This document shows positions 1-9,568 of a stretch of 64,000 nt of DNA, one piece after another. The notes under the pieces are model-generated. The model made no database searches and had not been told where the DNA came from. It was given only the letters and a program-made list of their open reading frames with translations. Numbering within the stretch: the first letter of the stretch is position 1; each line of letters begins with the position of its first letter. The translations under genes and the position numbers were made by a program. Origin of the DNA: an uncultured bacterium (lineage in GTDB: Bacteria > Actinomycetota > Acidimicrobiia > Spongiisociales > UBA5794); assembly GCA_963801165.1 (NCBI GenBank), contig CAWDDT010000005.1, forward strand, positions 384,001 through 448,000, written 5' to 3'.

Positions 1-1746
1 CAGCAGGCCGACTTCGTAAAGGGCGACCGACTCGTTGACGTATCGATGGAGGGTGCCGTCCGACTCAACGACCTCGATGTGTACGACGAGGCCGGCGGCA
101 TCATGAAGGCGCTGACCAAGTCCGTGCTGGTCGCGGTCGAAGACGGCGAGCTCAACATCGACTTTGCCAACGTCGAGAGCTACGCAAACATTCGCGGAAT
201 CGAAATCATCGAAGCCGAGGACGACGAAGCGCCCGTCATCTCCTTGTTGGGTGCCAACCCGATGACGGTAGAAGCCGGTAGCTCGTTCACCGATCCGGGT
301 GCGACGGTGACCGACAACGTCGACCCGACCACGACCATCACAGGCGTTTCGACGGTCAACACGGGAATTCCGGGCGACTACACGGTCACCTACAACCACA
401 CCGACGCCGTCGGGAACGCGGCGACCACCGTGGTTCGCGATGTCGAGGTCGTTGACACGACAGCCCCGGTGATCACGCTGCTCGGTAGCAACCCGTTGTA
501 CGTGCTCCAGGGGACGAGCTTCTCCGATCCAGGAGCGACGGCAACGGACACGGTCGACGGCAATCTGACTCCGGCAATCGTCGTCGGCGGCGACACGGTG
601 AACACGGAGGTCGCTGGCGACTACGGCGTCACCTACAACGTCTGCGACAGCGCATACAACTGCGCCGACGAGGTCACCAGGACAGTCACAGTCACGTCGG
701 ACCTTCCCCCGGAGATCACCCTGCTCGGGAGCAACCCGCAGGTGATTGAGGGCGGTGATGCGTACGTGGAAGCCGGGGCAACGGCTACCGACCATGAGGA
801 CGGCAACCTGACGGCATCGATCGTGATCGATGCCACGGCGGTCGACACCAGCAAGGTAGGTGACTACGGGGTCGAGTACTCGGCGACCGATTCCTCCGGC
901 AACACGACGACCGAGACCAGAACGGTCCGCGTTGTCGACACGACGGCGCCGGTGATCACTCTGCTCGGTACCAACCCGATGACGATCGATGTCGGCGGCG
1001 CGTTCACCGACCCGGGGGCGTCTGTCAGCGACAACGTCGACGCCACGTCGACGATCGTCGGCGCAGGCACGGTCAACACCGGGACACCCGGCAACTACTC
1101 GGTGGCATACGACGACACCGATAATGCGGGGAACGCGGCCATCACGGTGATCCGCACCGTGTCGGTCGTCGACAGCACTCCCCCGCCGACATTCACCGAC
1201 GATGACGGCTCGGTCTTCGAGGCCGACATCGAGTGGCTGGCGGGCCAGGGGATCACCCGGGGATGCAACCCGCCGGTGAACGACATGTTCTGTCCCGATG
1301 CTCCGACGACCCGCGGCCAGATGGCTGCATTCTTCCACCGGGCCTTGGGCGACGTCATCCCGGTTGATCTCGACAACGTCATCGTGTTCGACGACACCCG
1401 TGCGAGCGTCTTCATGAGCGACATCGAGTGGCTGAGCGCAACCGGTATCACCAGGGGCTGCAACCCGCCCGCCAACGACATGTTCTGCCCGGAGGGCAAT
1501 GTCACCAGAGGCCAGATGGCTGCGTTCATCCGTCGAGCTTTCGGCGACATGATCCCGACACCGGCGTCGAGCGGCCTTGTGTTTACTGATACACAGGGAA
1601 ACGTGTTCGCCAGCGACATCCAGTGGCTGGCCGATACCGGCATCACCAAGGGGTGCGGCGCAGATACGTTCTGCCCGAACGCCAACGTGACCAGGGGCGA
1701 GATGGCTGCGTTCTTCAGAAGAGCGTTCACGGCCGCAGGGCTATAG
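1..1746 (+). CDS. Surface protein (5' partial): end of a malectin-like domain, four Ig-like (DUF5011-type) repeats, three C-terminal SLH-like repeats
   Basis: Frame is open from base 1; repeated 'APVITLLGxNP...FTDPGATxTD' modules; C-terminal 'IEWLA..GITRGCNPP.NDMFCP...TRGQMAAF' repeats. Confidence 0.8.
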   Translation, partial: QQADFVKGDRLVDVSMEGAVRLNDLDVYDEAGGIMKALTKSVLVAVEDGELNIDFANVESYANIRGIEIIEAEDDEAPVISLLGANPMTVEAGSSFTDPGATVTDNVDPTTTITGVSTVNTGIPGDYTVTYNHTDAVGNAATTVVRDVEVVDTTAPVITLLGSNPLYVLQGTSFSDPGATATDTVDGNLTPAIVVGGDTVNTEVAGDYGVTYNVCDSAYNCADEVTRTVTVTSDLPPEITLLGSNPQVIEGGDAYVEAGATATDHEDGNLTASIVIDATAVDTSKVGDYGVEYSATDSSGNTTTETRTVRVVDTTAPVITLLGTNPMTIDVGGAFTDPGASVSDNVDATSTIVGAGTVNTGTPGNYSVAYDDTDNAGNAAITVIRTVSVVDSTPPPTFTDDDGSVFEADIEWLAGQGITRGCNPPVNDMFCPDAPTTRGQMAAFFHRALGDVIPVDLDNVIVFDDTRASVFMSDIEWLSATGITRGCNPPANDMFCPEGNVTRGQMAAFIRRAFGDMIPTPASSGLVFTDTQGNVFASDIQWLADTGITKGCGADTFCPNANVTRGEMAAFFRRAFTAAGL

Positions 1747-1924
1747 GAGGTCGTTGATTAATCGCGGTAAAGGCTCGCAGGGCCCCGAGAAATGGGTGTT
1801 GTCGAAATGCCACGAGACTGAACTCGGATTCTTCAACGGTCTCCTAGGAGGTCCTTGATCTGGAACGGTCACGTCCGGCAACGGGCGTGGCCGTTCCTCC
1901 AGTACCAGGGCTCTGGTCACCGTC

Positions 1925-2404
1925 TCACTCCGATGGCCAGTGTGCGACGAGTCGATCCAGCACTACGCCCCAGGCATCCTCGAAGTAGGCCAGGTATTCG
2001 TCCCAGTCGGGCCCGGTGAGAAACCCGGTGTGGACCAACCGGACCCGGGTGCCGGCATCGGTGGGGGTGAACGTCAAGACCACCCAGGTGTTTGTCTGCC
2101 GCAAGGACAAGTGCGGCGGAGCGTTCCAGGTGAATGAGAACGACTCGCCCGGCACGTAGGACAGAATGCGGCAGCCCTCCGAACCCTGTTTGCCCGGTGG
2201 GGCGTCGCTCAGGAACAGCAACTCGAACGGTCCGCCGATCCGTAGCTCGATGTTGGATCGAGGCGGGCCCCACCAGGACGCGATCCCCTCGCTCGATGTC
2301 CACGCGCTCCACACGTCGCGGGGAGCGGCACCCACCTCCACCTCCTTGGCGACGGACCGGATGTCGGCACCTGCAGCGGCAATCGTCGAGGTGTCGATCG
2401 TCAT
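1925..2404 (-). CDS. SRPBCC/AHSA1 (START-like) domain protein
   Basis: 'APRDVWSAWTSSEGIASWWG...IELRIGG...GTRVRLVHTGF...W' pattern; ATG overlaps the upstream stop codon (ATGA). Confidence 0.8.
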   Translation of the reverse strand: MTIDTSTIAAAGADIRSVAKEVEVGAAPRDVWSAWTSSEGIASWWGPPRSNIELRIGGPFELLFLSDAPPGKQGSEGCRILSYVPGESFSFTWNAPPHLSLRQTNTWVVLTFTPTDAGTRVRLVHTGFLTGPDWDEYLAYFEDAWGVVLDRLVAHWPSE

Positions 2405-2787
2405 TGCCTCTCCTGGCTCGTTCGATAGAACGCAAACGCACCGACCATCGCGACCACGACCCCGCCGAGTGTCGCCGCGATGCTGTCGCTCACCAGGACC
2501 ACCGCGGCGAGCGGGACGACTTCGAGAAGTAGAAGCCCGCCCAGAATCGAAAACAGCCTCGATAGCAACCCCGCTGTGGAGCGGGCAACAAGCCACTGCG
2601 CCGGCAGGAGCCCGGGAGCGACGATGAACTGCCCTCCGAACGACAGCAGGATGACGATGCTGAATCCTCCGAAGACGACCAGCCCGATCTGGATGAAGGC
2701 AGCTCTCCAGCCACCCGTGTTGATGATGCTGCTGATTTCCATATCTACAACATACGCGATGACACCGACAGATTCAGCCGCAGACAA
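2401..2787 (-). CDS. Small membrane protein, hypothetical
   Basis: Several hydrophobic segments; translationally coupled to the SRPBCC gene; start uncertain. Confidence 0.5.
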   Translation of the reverse strand: MSAAESVGVIAYVVDMEISSIINTGGWRAAFIQIGLVVFGGFSIVILLSFGGQFIVAPGLLPAQWLVARSTAGLLSRLFSILGGLLLLEVVPLAAVVLVSDSIAATLGGVVVAMVGAFAFYRTSQERQ

Positions 2788-2857
2788 GTGACAAACGGCA
2801 CGTTGCGCGGCAACTGCCCATCGTTACTCTGAGCAGAGGCCCGTCCTGGAGGTTTCG

Positions 2858-3154
2858 GTGAAGGTGCGTCGTCTAGTCCCGCTCGTTGTGCTGCTCGTCT
2901 TGTTGCTCGCTGCCTGTTCGGCGGGAGCCAATCCCGAAACCGGGGTTGCCGCTGTAGACGGTCGCGTTGCCGGGTTCTGGCTCGGTCTGTGGCATGGTCT
3001 GATTGCCCCGATCGCGTTCTTGATCTCGCTCTTCAGGGACACGGTCAACGTCTACGACGTGCACAACAGCGGCAACTGGTACGACTTCGGATTCGTACTC
3101 GGCGTCAGCACTGCGTTTGGCGGTGCCTCCCGGGGAGCCAGGAAGCGGCGCTAG
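2858..3154 (+). CDS. Small conserved membrane/lipoprotein
   Basis: GGAGG RBS; lipobox-like LAAC; 'AGFWLGLWHG..AP...YDVHNSGNWYDFGF' motif. Confidence 0.7.
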   Translation: MKVRRLVPLVVLLVLLLAACSAGANPETGVAAVDGRVAGFWLGLWHGLIAPIAFLISLFRDTVNVYDVHNSGNWYDFGFVLGVSTAFGGASRGARKRR

Positions 3155-3155
3155 C

Positions 3156-5792
3156 TCAGATGACCGGTGTGTCCCGGCCCATATCCGAGAACAAGGTGAA
3201 CTCGGGGAGGAAGGTCAGGTCGACCCGGCCCACGGAACCCTGGCGGTGCTTGGCGATGGCAACCTCGGCGATTCCCTTAGTCTCGACGGCTTCGGGGTGG
3301 TAGTACTCGTGCCGGTAGATGAACAGGACGACGTCCGCATCTTGTTCTATCGCGCCGGAATTGTGCACGACAATTCCGTTGGCAAGGAAGTTGTGCGTGC
3401 CAGCAACTCGAGCATCGAAGACCTCTTCGACCCCATCGGGCTCGATCGACTTGATCTCGTCCCAAAGGACATCGCTGTTGGCAAGCTTTGTGAAATCATC
3501 ACCCGGGACAGCCTCGGCGACGCGCCCCAGCCGCTCGCGAGACATGCTCGACTTGAACAGTGCCGACCCGCAATAGCTCATCCCCAAGTGACTTGCGAGC
3601 TGTCGGTGCGTCACGCCGGCCTCAGCCATGCTGCTGCGTACCGCGTTCCATACCTCCAGCGGCACCGTATCAACGTTCGTGTTGGAGGATCGTCCCTGGA
3701 GCGCGACGCGTGCCTCGCCCACGTTCTTAGCGCGAGCCCCATGGACCCCGATCTCGCTGAGGAACCGACGCTGTTGATCAGCCCCTGAGATCCACAATTG
3801 ATGCGCCGGCGCGTACTGCCCCTGCGCCACAACGTGGAGACGAGGTATGAACCCCACCCGCAGCAGCAGCGTCTGGATATCCGCCGCGAGGCCAGGACTC
3901 GCTGTTGAATAGTAAACCGAAACGCGGTCCGAACTTCGCTGCACCGTAACGGATCCGTCCGTAGCCCATAGATGCCTCAGAAACAGGCGGATCTGCCGAT
4001 CTGGGAGCGAGAAGACCTTCTCTGGCACCCTCTTCGTCTTAGACCTTTGGCCGAAAACGCCGAGGTCATCGAGCCAGGCAGCAATGGGGTTGCGCCGACC
4101 GCGTGTGAGATGATAAGGCGCCGGCAGAAGTGTTTGCCATGCCCGACCCCGAAGCGGCACGGGACGGCGACGAACGCCGAAGCGAGCGCCTGCAGCGAGC
4201 ATGACAAAGCCATGGTTCTCGGGGTCCATACTCGTATATCTCAACGGCTGCCGCCGCACATAGGAACCATCGCCGATCAGATGAGCGAGCAGGCCAATCT
4301 CCTCCTCGTTCATCTCTTGAGGACGGTCTGGCGCGGGCAACCGGCGCGGGACGGCGATCCGATCACCGACGCTCAGGTCACCGACCATCGTCCAGCCGGC
4401 GTAGGTTCTCAGCGGATGGTTCTCTGTCGCCCGCAGACTGCGTCCCGACCTGGTTGTGATCTTGAACACAGGCTTCACTCCGGTCGACCACGCCTCGGAC
4501 ATGACACCGGGCACCAGCTTGTATTCGTCGCTCAGGCTCCACACTGGTATGTCCGTCTGTCCGGATCGCGCCAGATCAGCGATCGATACCGCTGCCCCGG
4601 TGTCGCGGCGCCTGATCTGAGTGTCGGCGGCAAGACACTCGCGTAGATCACCGAGACGGGGCCGCTTGTCCTCGCGTTGCTCCAGAGAGCGGTTCAGCTG
4701 GGAGACACCGATAACGGGGACCTCGAGCTCTCTGGCCAGGCTCTTGAGGCTTCTACTGATGATGGCGATCTCCTGCTGGCGGTTCTCGCCACCGCTGCCG
4801 TGCATCAGCTGGAGATAGTCCACCACCACCAGCCCCAGCCCATGACGGCGCTTCAGCCTGCGGCATTTGGCGCGAATCTCGGTGACGGTGAGCCCGGACG
4901 AGTCGTCCACATAGATCGGCTTCTTGTAGAGCACGTTCGCCGCACTAGAAAGCTTCGAGAAATCGCCTTCGGTGAGCCGTCCCGTGCGCAGCCGCTGGGA
5001 GTCGATCCGCCCCTGCGAACAGAGCATCCTCGTGACGATCTCCTCGCGACTCATCTCCATGGTAAAGATCGCCACCGGATCGCCCTGGATCGCAATGTGC
5101 TGTGCGATCCCGATCGCCATAGTTGTCTTCCCCATCCCCGGTCGGGCCGCGATGACGATGAGGTTTCCTGAATGCAGACCGGCCAGCTTCCTGTCGAGGT
5201 CACGCAGACCTGTCGAGAGCCCGATCACCTCCTGACCCAGCCGGTGCAGCTCCTCGGCTCGTTCGATCGCCGGGCCCAGCAGCGGGTCGATGGGTGCCAG
5301 CCCGTCACCAACCCGCTTCTCCGACACAGCAAACACCGACTGCTCTGCCTTGTCGATAACGTCGCCTATCGGCTCGCTGACCTCGGTGGCGAGCTTCGCT
5401 ATGTCACCGCCGACCCGGAGCAGCTTTCGTCGGAGCGCATGCTCCTCGACGATCGCCGCGTACTGCTCGATATTGGAGGTAGCCGGAACGGCGTCGAGCA
5501 GTTGGGTCAGGTAGGCGAGACCGCCGACACGTTCCAACATGTCGCTGCGGCGCAGACCCTCGGCGACCGTGACCGCATCGACCGGCTCGTTTTTGTTGAA
5601 CAGGTCGAGCACGACATCGAATATCGCCTGGTGAGAGGGGCGATAGAAGTCATCAGGTTGGAGCCGCTCGAGCGCGATGTTGGCGGCGTCGCTGTCGAGC
5701 AGAACAGCGCCGAGAACCGACTCCTCGGCCTCGACGCTGTGTGGAGGAACGCGCAGGGAACCCGATCGAGGATCGTCGATTCCCAATGCCAT
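3156..5792 (-). CDS. dnaB: Replicative DNA helicase DnaB, intein-containing
   Basis: 'PPHSVEAEESVLGA', Walker A 'AARPGMGKT', 'VVVDYLQLM', 'SQLNR', 'IEQDADVV'; follows rplI. Confidence 0.97.
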   Translation of the reverse strand: MALGIDDPRSGSLRVPPHSVEAEESVLGAVLLDSDAANIALERLQPDDFYRPSHQAIFDVVLDLFNKNEPVDAVTVAEGLRRSDMLERVGGLAYLTQLLDAVPATSNIEQYAAIVEEHALRRKLLRVGGDIAKLATEVSEPIGDVIDKAEQSVFAVSEKRVGDGLAPIDPLLGPAIERAEELHRLGQEVIGLSTGLRDLDRKLAGLHSGNLIVIAARPGMGKTTMAIGIAQHIAIQGDPVAIFTMEMSREEIVTRMLCSQGRIDSQRLRTGRLTEGDFSKLSSAANVLYKKPIYVDDSSGLTVTEIRAKCRRLKRRHGLGLVVVDYLQLMHGSGGENRQQEIAIISRSLKSLARELEVPVIGVSQLNRSLEQREDKRPRLGDLRECLAADTQIRRRDTGAAVSIADLARSGQTDIPVWSLSDEYKLVPGVMSEAWSTGVKPVFKITTRSGRSLRATENHPLRTYAGWTMVGDLSVGDRIAVPRRLPAPDRPQEMNEEEIGLLAHLIGDGSYVRRQPLRYTSMDPENHGFVMLAAGARFGVRRRPVPLRGRAWQTLLPAPYHLTRGRRNPIAAWLDDLGVFGQRSKTKRVPEKVFSLPDRQIRLFLRHLWATDGSVTVQRSSDRVSVYYSTASPGLAADIQTLLLRVGFIPRLHVVAQGQYAPAHQLWISGADQQRRFLSEIGVHGARAKNVGEARVALQGRSSNTNVDTVPLEVWNAVRSSMAEAGVTHRQLASHLGMSYCGSALFKSSMSRERLGRVAEAVPGDDFTKLANSDVLWDEIKSIEPDGVEEVFDARVAGTHNFLANGIVVHNSGAIEQDADVVLFIYRHEYYHPEAVETKGIAEVAIAKHRQGSVGRVDLTFLPEFTLFSDMGRDTPVI
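3360..4637 (-). mobile_element. Intein (426 aa) with LAGLIDADG homing endonuclease, inside DnaB
   Basis: Starts CLAADT after DLRE and ends 'HNFLANGIVVHN' before Ser; block B 'ATENH'; endonuclease blocks 'LAHLIGDGS' and 'FLRHLWATDGS'. Confidence 0.95.
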
Positions 5793-5819
5793 GCCTTCCT
5801 TGCCCGTCTACCCGGGCCG

Positions 5820-6266
5820 TTATGCGGGGATCACGTCGAGGGTCACGCTGAACTCCACTTCTTCGTGGGGTCTGATGGTCACCTCGTGCAGCCCGATCTC
5901 CTTGATCGGTGTCGGGATCTCGATGTATGCGTTCGGGATCTCGACACCACTGACTTTCCTCACCGCCTCGGCGATGTCATGACTCCCGACAGAGCCGAAC
6001 AGCTTGCCCTCGTCGCCCGAACGGGCAGCGATGACGATCCGGGAGCCAACCAGGTTCCTGGCCAGTTCTTCAGCCTCGGTCTTCAGCTTGGCAGCCACCT
6101 CGATCCGCTGCCTGCGCACCGTATCCGCCTGCCGGATAGCACCGGCGGTGGCCTTTGTTGCCAGCTTCCTCGGAAGCAGGTAGTTGCGTGCGTATCCGTC
6201 GGCGACATCGACGATGTCGCCCTTGCCGCCGAGCTCGGCGACGTCCTTCAGCAATATGACGTTCAT
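5820..6266 (-). CDS. rplI: 50S ribosomal protein L9
   Basis: '[28 protein letters not shown]', 'GKLFGSV'. Confidence 0.98.
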   Translation of the reverse strand: MNVILLKDVAELGGKGDIVDVADGYARNYLLPRKLATKATAGAIRQADTVRRQRIEVAAKLKTEAEELARNLVGSRIVIAARSGDEGKLFGSVGSHDIAEAVRKVSGVEIPNAYIEIPTPIKEIGLHEVTIRPHEEVEFSVTLDVIPA

Positions 6267-6532
6267 CAGCCCCTCTGTGAGATATAGGGCAGCAGCGCCA
6301 TCTCGCGGGCGTTCTTGATTGCAACCGCCAGCTCACGCTGATGCTTGGGACAAGCACCGGTCACCCTGCGCGCCCGGATCTTGCCCCGGTCGGACATGTA
6401 CTTACGGAGCACCGCAACTTCCTTGTAGTCGATGAAGCGCGTCTTTTCCTTGCAAAACTGACACACCTTTGGACGGCGCCGGGAATCGGCAGCCGACATG
6501 CGACGGCGCTTGGTCCGTGCTTTCGGGGGCAT
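6266..6532 (-). CDS. rpsR: 30S ribosomal protein S18 (Zn-binding form: CQFC, CPKH)
   Basis: '[24 protein letters not shown]...[13 protein letters not shown]'; AAGGAG RBS before ATG at 6532. Confidence 0.97.
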   Translation of the reverse strand: MPPKARTKRRRMSAADSRRRPKVCQFCKEKTRFIDYKEVAVLRKYMSDRGKIRARRVTGACPKHQRELAVAIKNAREMALLPYISQRG

Positions 6533-6625
6533 AAGTGTTCTCCTTGGGGAAGTCGATGATTCTTTCTGCTGCTCGACATCTGGCGGCACCGACCCCGGGT
6601 CGACGCACCGCTGCCGACCAACTTC

Positions 6626-7111
6626 CTAAAACGGGGCCTCGTCCGGGCCGTAGTCGTCACGGGCGACCGGGGCAGGGGGCACGGAGCCTCCGCCGGCACC
6701 ACCGCCGCCGCTGTCGCCGCTGCCGCCGTTCCAGTCTCCGCCGCCGCCGCTGCGAGGCGTTCTGGTGACCGAGGCGGTTGCCCAACGTACCGAGGGACCG
6801 ATGTCGTCGATGCGGATCTCGATGGTGGAGCGCTTCTCGCCATCCTGGTTCTCCCACGACCGCTGCTCGAGGCTGCCCACGACGATGATGCGCATCCCCT
6901 TCTGCAGCGACTCGGCGACGTTCTCGGCCATGTCACGCCAGCAGGTACCGCCGAAGAAGCTGGTCTCTTCCTGCCACTCCTTGTTCCGATCTTGGAAGCG
7001 ACGGCTGACGGCGAAACGGACACGAGCCATGGCAACACCGTTGGGGGTGAACCGCAACTCGGGGTCATCGACGAGGTTGCCGACGAGGGTCACACTGTTA
7101 TCTCTCATCAC
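6626..7111 (-). CDS. ssb: Single-stranded DNA-binding protein
   Basis: 'VTLVGNLVDDPELRFTPNG', Gly-rich linker, acidic 'DEAPF' tail. Confidence 0.97.
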   Translation of the reverse strand: MMRDNSVTLVGNLVDDPELRFTPNGVAMARVRFAVSRRFQDRNKEWQEETSFFGGTCWRDMAENVAESLQKGMRIIVVGSLEQRSWENQDGEKRSTIEIRIDDIGPSVRWATASVTRTPRSGGGGDWNGGSGDSGGGGAGGGSVPPAPVARDDYGPDEAPF

Positions 7112-7175
7112 CTAATCTCTCTACTTTCCGCGCACTCACTGACAGTGTGCAACAAAGGTGTGACAGGTTCTCGGG

Positions 7176-7463
7176 CTACTTGCGCCCGAGCCTGGTGATC
7201 TTGTGACGAACAACCGCATCGTGAAGACCCAGGGCCCGGTCGAGCGTCTCCACGGTGTCGGTCTCTGATTCGAATTCAATGACCGAGTAGAAGCCCTCGT
7301 GCAGATGGTCGATCTCGTAAGCGAATCGGCGTTTGCCCCAGAAATTCGTACCGGTCACGGCGCCGGCACCGGCGATCACACCTTCCACCTCGCCGACGAG
7401 AGTCCGCACATCGGGCTCCGTCAGCTCGGGACGATGAATCATCATTAACTCATACGAACGCAA
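7176..7463 (-). CDS. rpsF: 30S ribosomal protein S6
   Basis: 'RSYELMMI.RPEL...WGKRRFAYEI....EGFY'; TTG start after GGAGG. Confidence 0.95.
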   Translation of the reverse strand: MRSYELMMIHRPELTEPDVRTLVGEVEGVIAGAGAVTGTNFWGKRRFAYEIDHLHEGFYSVIEFESETDTVETLDRALGLHDAVVRHKITRLGRK

Positions 7464-7467
7464 TATC

Positions 7468-7530
7468 TCACCTCCTGTGGACAGTCGCTTGTTGCGAGAG
7501 GCCCCCGGTCTCTCCGGGAGCAGGGGTTTG
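7468..7530 (-). promoter_or_regulatory. Probable S6:S18 autoregulatory leader RNA
   Basis: Minus strand CCCCTGCT-CCCGG-AGAGA-CCGGG...CCACAGGAGG directly before rpsF; the 5' CCTG can pair with the RBS-containing CAGG. Confidence 0.6.
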
Positions 7531-7621
7531 GGAGGGTGCCGGGCTGGTGATGCCCGACGCACTCCTCGTGCGGGTAGCGAGTGTAACGGGACGGAGGCCA
7601 TTTAGCCACATCGCGAAAGGT

Positions 7622-7659
7622 GGCTGTGCCGGACGATCTCATCGCCGTCCGGCACAGCC
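7622..7659. terminator. GC-rich stem-loop between the ECF sigma gene and rpsF
   Basis: GGCTGTGCCGGACG ... CGTCCGGCACAGCC 14-bp inverted repeat. Confidence 0.5.
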
Positions 7660-7827
7660 CGGGAGGATCCCGGTGACGCATCTTCCCCCTGGGTGAGTGC
7701 TGAGGAACCACTCTCCTGACCCGACCCGTCCCCGGTCCGTATACAGGAGTCACCTCCGCCCCCCGTGATACGGCCAACTAACCGGGATTCGACATGAACG
7801 CGGAAGAACTCCTGTGTCGGGCCCGCG

Positions 7828-9078
7828 TCACCCGGTCAGGCGGCTGCGCTTTCTGATGAGAAACCGACGCTCGACCTCGTTTTCGGTCAGCTCTATCGCC
7901 CGGTCGTATTCGAATCGAGCGGAGTCCACGTCCCCTGCCCGGGCGAACAGATCGGCGCTTGCGGCGTGGAATGGCTGGTACTCGTCGAGCTGCCCGGCTT
8001 CAACCTCGCCGAGGGCGGCAAGACCGGCGACGGGCCCATCGAGCTCACCGACGGCGATCGCCCGGTTCATCGCCACCACCCCATTGGGGCGGAGCATGTA
8101 GAGCTGGTCGTACAGCGCAACGATCTGCGCCCAATCCGTAGCCTCTGCGTTCGCGGCATCGGCGTGCACAGCCGCGATCGCCGCCTGGATCTGATACTGC
8201 CCGGGCTGGTTGCGACGTAGACAGGCACGCACCAGCGCGTGCCCCTCGGCGATCAGATCGCGGTCCCACAGTCCACGGTCCTGGTCGCGCAGCGGGACCA
8301 GCTCACCGTCTGCCGTGGTCCGCGCCCGGCGTCGGGCATCGGTCAACAACAACAGCGCCAGAAGACCGGCCGCTTCCGGCTCGTCGGGCATCAGCCCCAC
8401 CAGTACCCGGGTCAGTCTGATCGCTTCCTCCGACAAATCAGCGCGTACCAGCTCGTCAGATTCCGGGGCGGTGTGCCCGGCGGTGAAGACGAGGTAGATG
8501 ACGGCGAGCACGGCTCGAAGCCGGTCGGGGAGCTCGGCGGCCGACGGGACACGGTACGGGGCGTGGTTATCCCGAAGCTTGTGCTTGGCCCGAACGATCC
8601 GCTGCGCCATCGTCGCCTCCGGGATGAGAAACGAGCGGGCGATCTCGGGGGTGCTCAGCCCGCCGAGCAGCCGGAGCGTAAGGGCGACCCGGGCATCTGC
8701 CGACAGGGCGGGGTGACAGCACAGAAACATCAATCTGAGCTGATCATCCGGCACCACATCGACGAAGGCGTCGAGTGCCTGCATCTCAGGGGATTCGTCG
8801 TAATCCATGGTCTCGTTCAGTCGGTGGGCGGCGATGTGACGATCCGTTCGTGTCGACTCGCGGCGCAGCCAGTCGATCGCCCGGTTGCGTGCCGTGGTCG
8901 TTATCCAGCCGCCCGGGTTTGGCGGGATCCCTGTCACCGGCCACTTCTCGGCTGCGATCACAAAAGCCTCGGCTACCGCATCCTCGGCGAGATCTATGTC
9001 GCCGAGGATGCGGATGAGTGTTGCGGTGCAACGACCGGCCTCATGCTGGAAGACGGCGGCAAGCGACGGGTCGTTCAC
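7828..9078 (-). CDS. ECF sigma factor with C-terminal TPR/DUF6596 extension (ECF42-like)
   Basis: 'LAEDAVAEAF', 'DDQLRLMFLCCHPALS', 'ATMAQRIVRAK', 'YQIQAAIAA'; GTGA overlap with the DGPF gene. Confidence 0.9.
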   Translation of the reverse strand: MNDPSLAAVFQHEAGRCTATLIRILGDIDLAEDAVAEAFVIAAEKWPVTGIPPNPGGWITTTARNRAIDWLRRESTRTDRHIAAHRLNETMDYDESPEMQALDAFVDVVPDDQLRLMFLCCHPALSADARVALTLRLLGGLSTPEIARSFLIPEATMAQRIVRAKHKLRDNHAPYRVPSAAELPDRLRAVLAVIYLVFTAGHTAPESDELVRADLSEEAIRLTRVLVGLMPDEPEAAGLLALLLLTDARRRARTTADGELVPLRDQDRGLWDRDLIAEGHALVRACLRRNQPGQYQIQAAIAAVHADAANAEATDWAQIVALYDQLYMLRPNGVVAMNRAIAVGELDGPVAGLAALGEVEAGQLDEYQPFHAASADLFARAGDVDSARFEYDRAIELTENEVERRFLIRKRSRLTG

Positions 9079-9422
9079 CCTTCGAACGGGCGAACCTCGA
9101 CCGGCCCCTCGCATGCAGCGGCGCCGCGGCGTGCCCAATCGAGAGCGGCGTCGAGATCCGGGGCCTCGATGACCCAGAAGCCACCCATCTGCTCCTTCGA
9201 TTCCGCATAGGGGCCGTCGGTCATCGATACCTCGTCACCGACGGTGCGGACCACGGTCGCCGAAGTCGCCGGGTGCAGCCCACCGGCGAAGACCCACGAT
9301 CCTGAGGCCCGGAGCTTGTTGTTGAAGTCGTCGACCTGAGCAACAACTCGCTTCATCTCGTCGCTGCTGAAATCGACCTCATAGGTGTCGTCGTGCCACA
9401 CCGAGAGCAGATACTGAGCCAT
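9075..9422 (-). CDS. YciI/DGPF-domain protein
   Basis: 'TDGPYAESKEQMGGFWVIEAPDLDAAL..A...VEVRP'. Confidence 0.92.
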   Translation of the reverse strand: MAQYLLSVWHDDTYEVDFSSDEMKRVVAQVDDFNNKLRASGSWVFAGGLHPATSATVVRTVGDEVSMTDGPYAESKEQMGGFWVIEAPDLDAALDWARRGAAACEGPVEVRPFEG

Positions 9423-9568
9423 TGCGATCCTCCTTCGTTGGGACCTGTGCCGGAACTTCCGACACCATGTCCACGAACGGGCCCCGGGAAATCGACACGA
9501 TTCCTGCGAGATTTCTTCTTTGCCGCCGGTTCATTATCACCGGCTCAGAATCAGGTTGGCGACGATCG

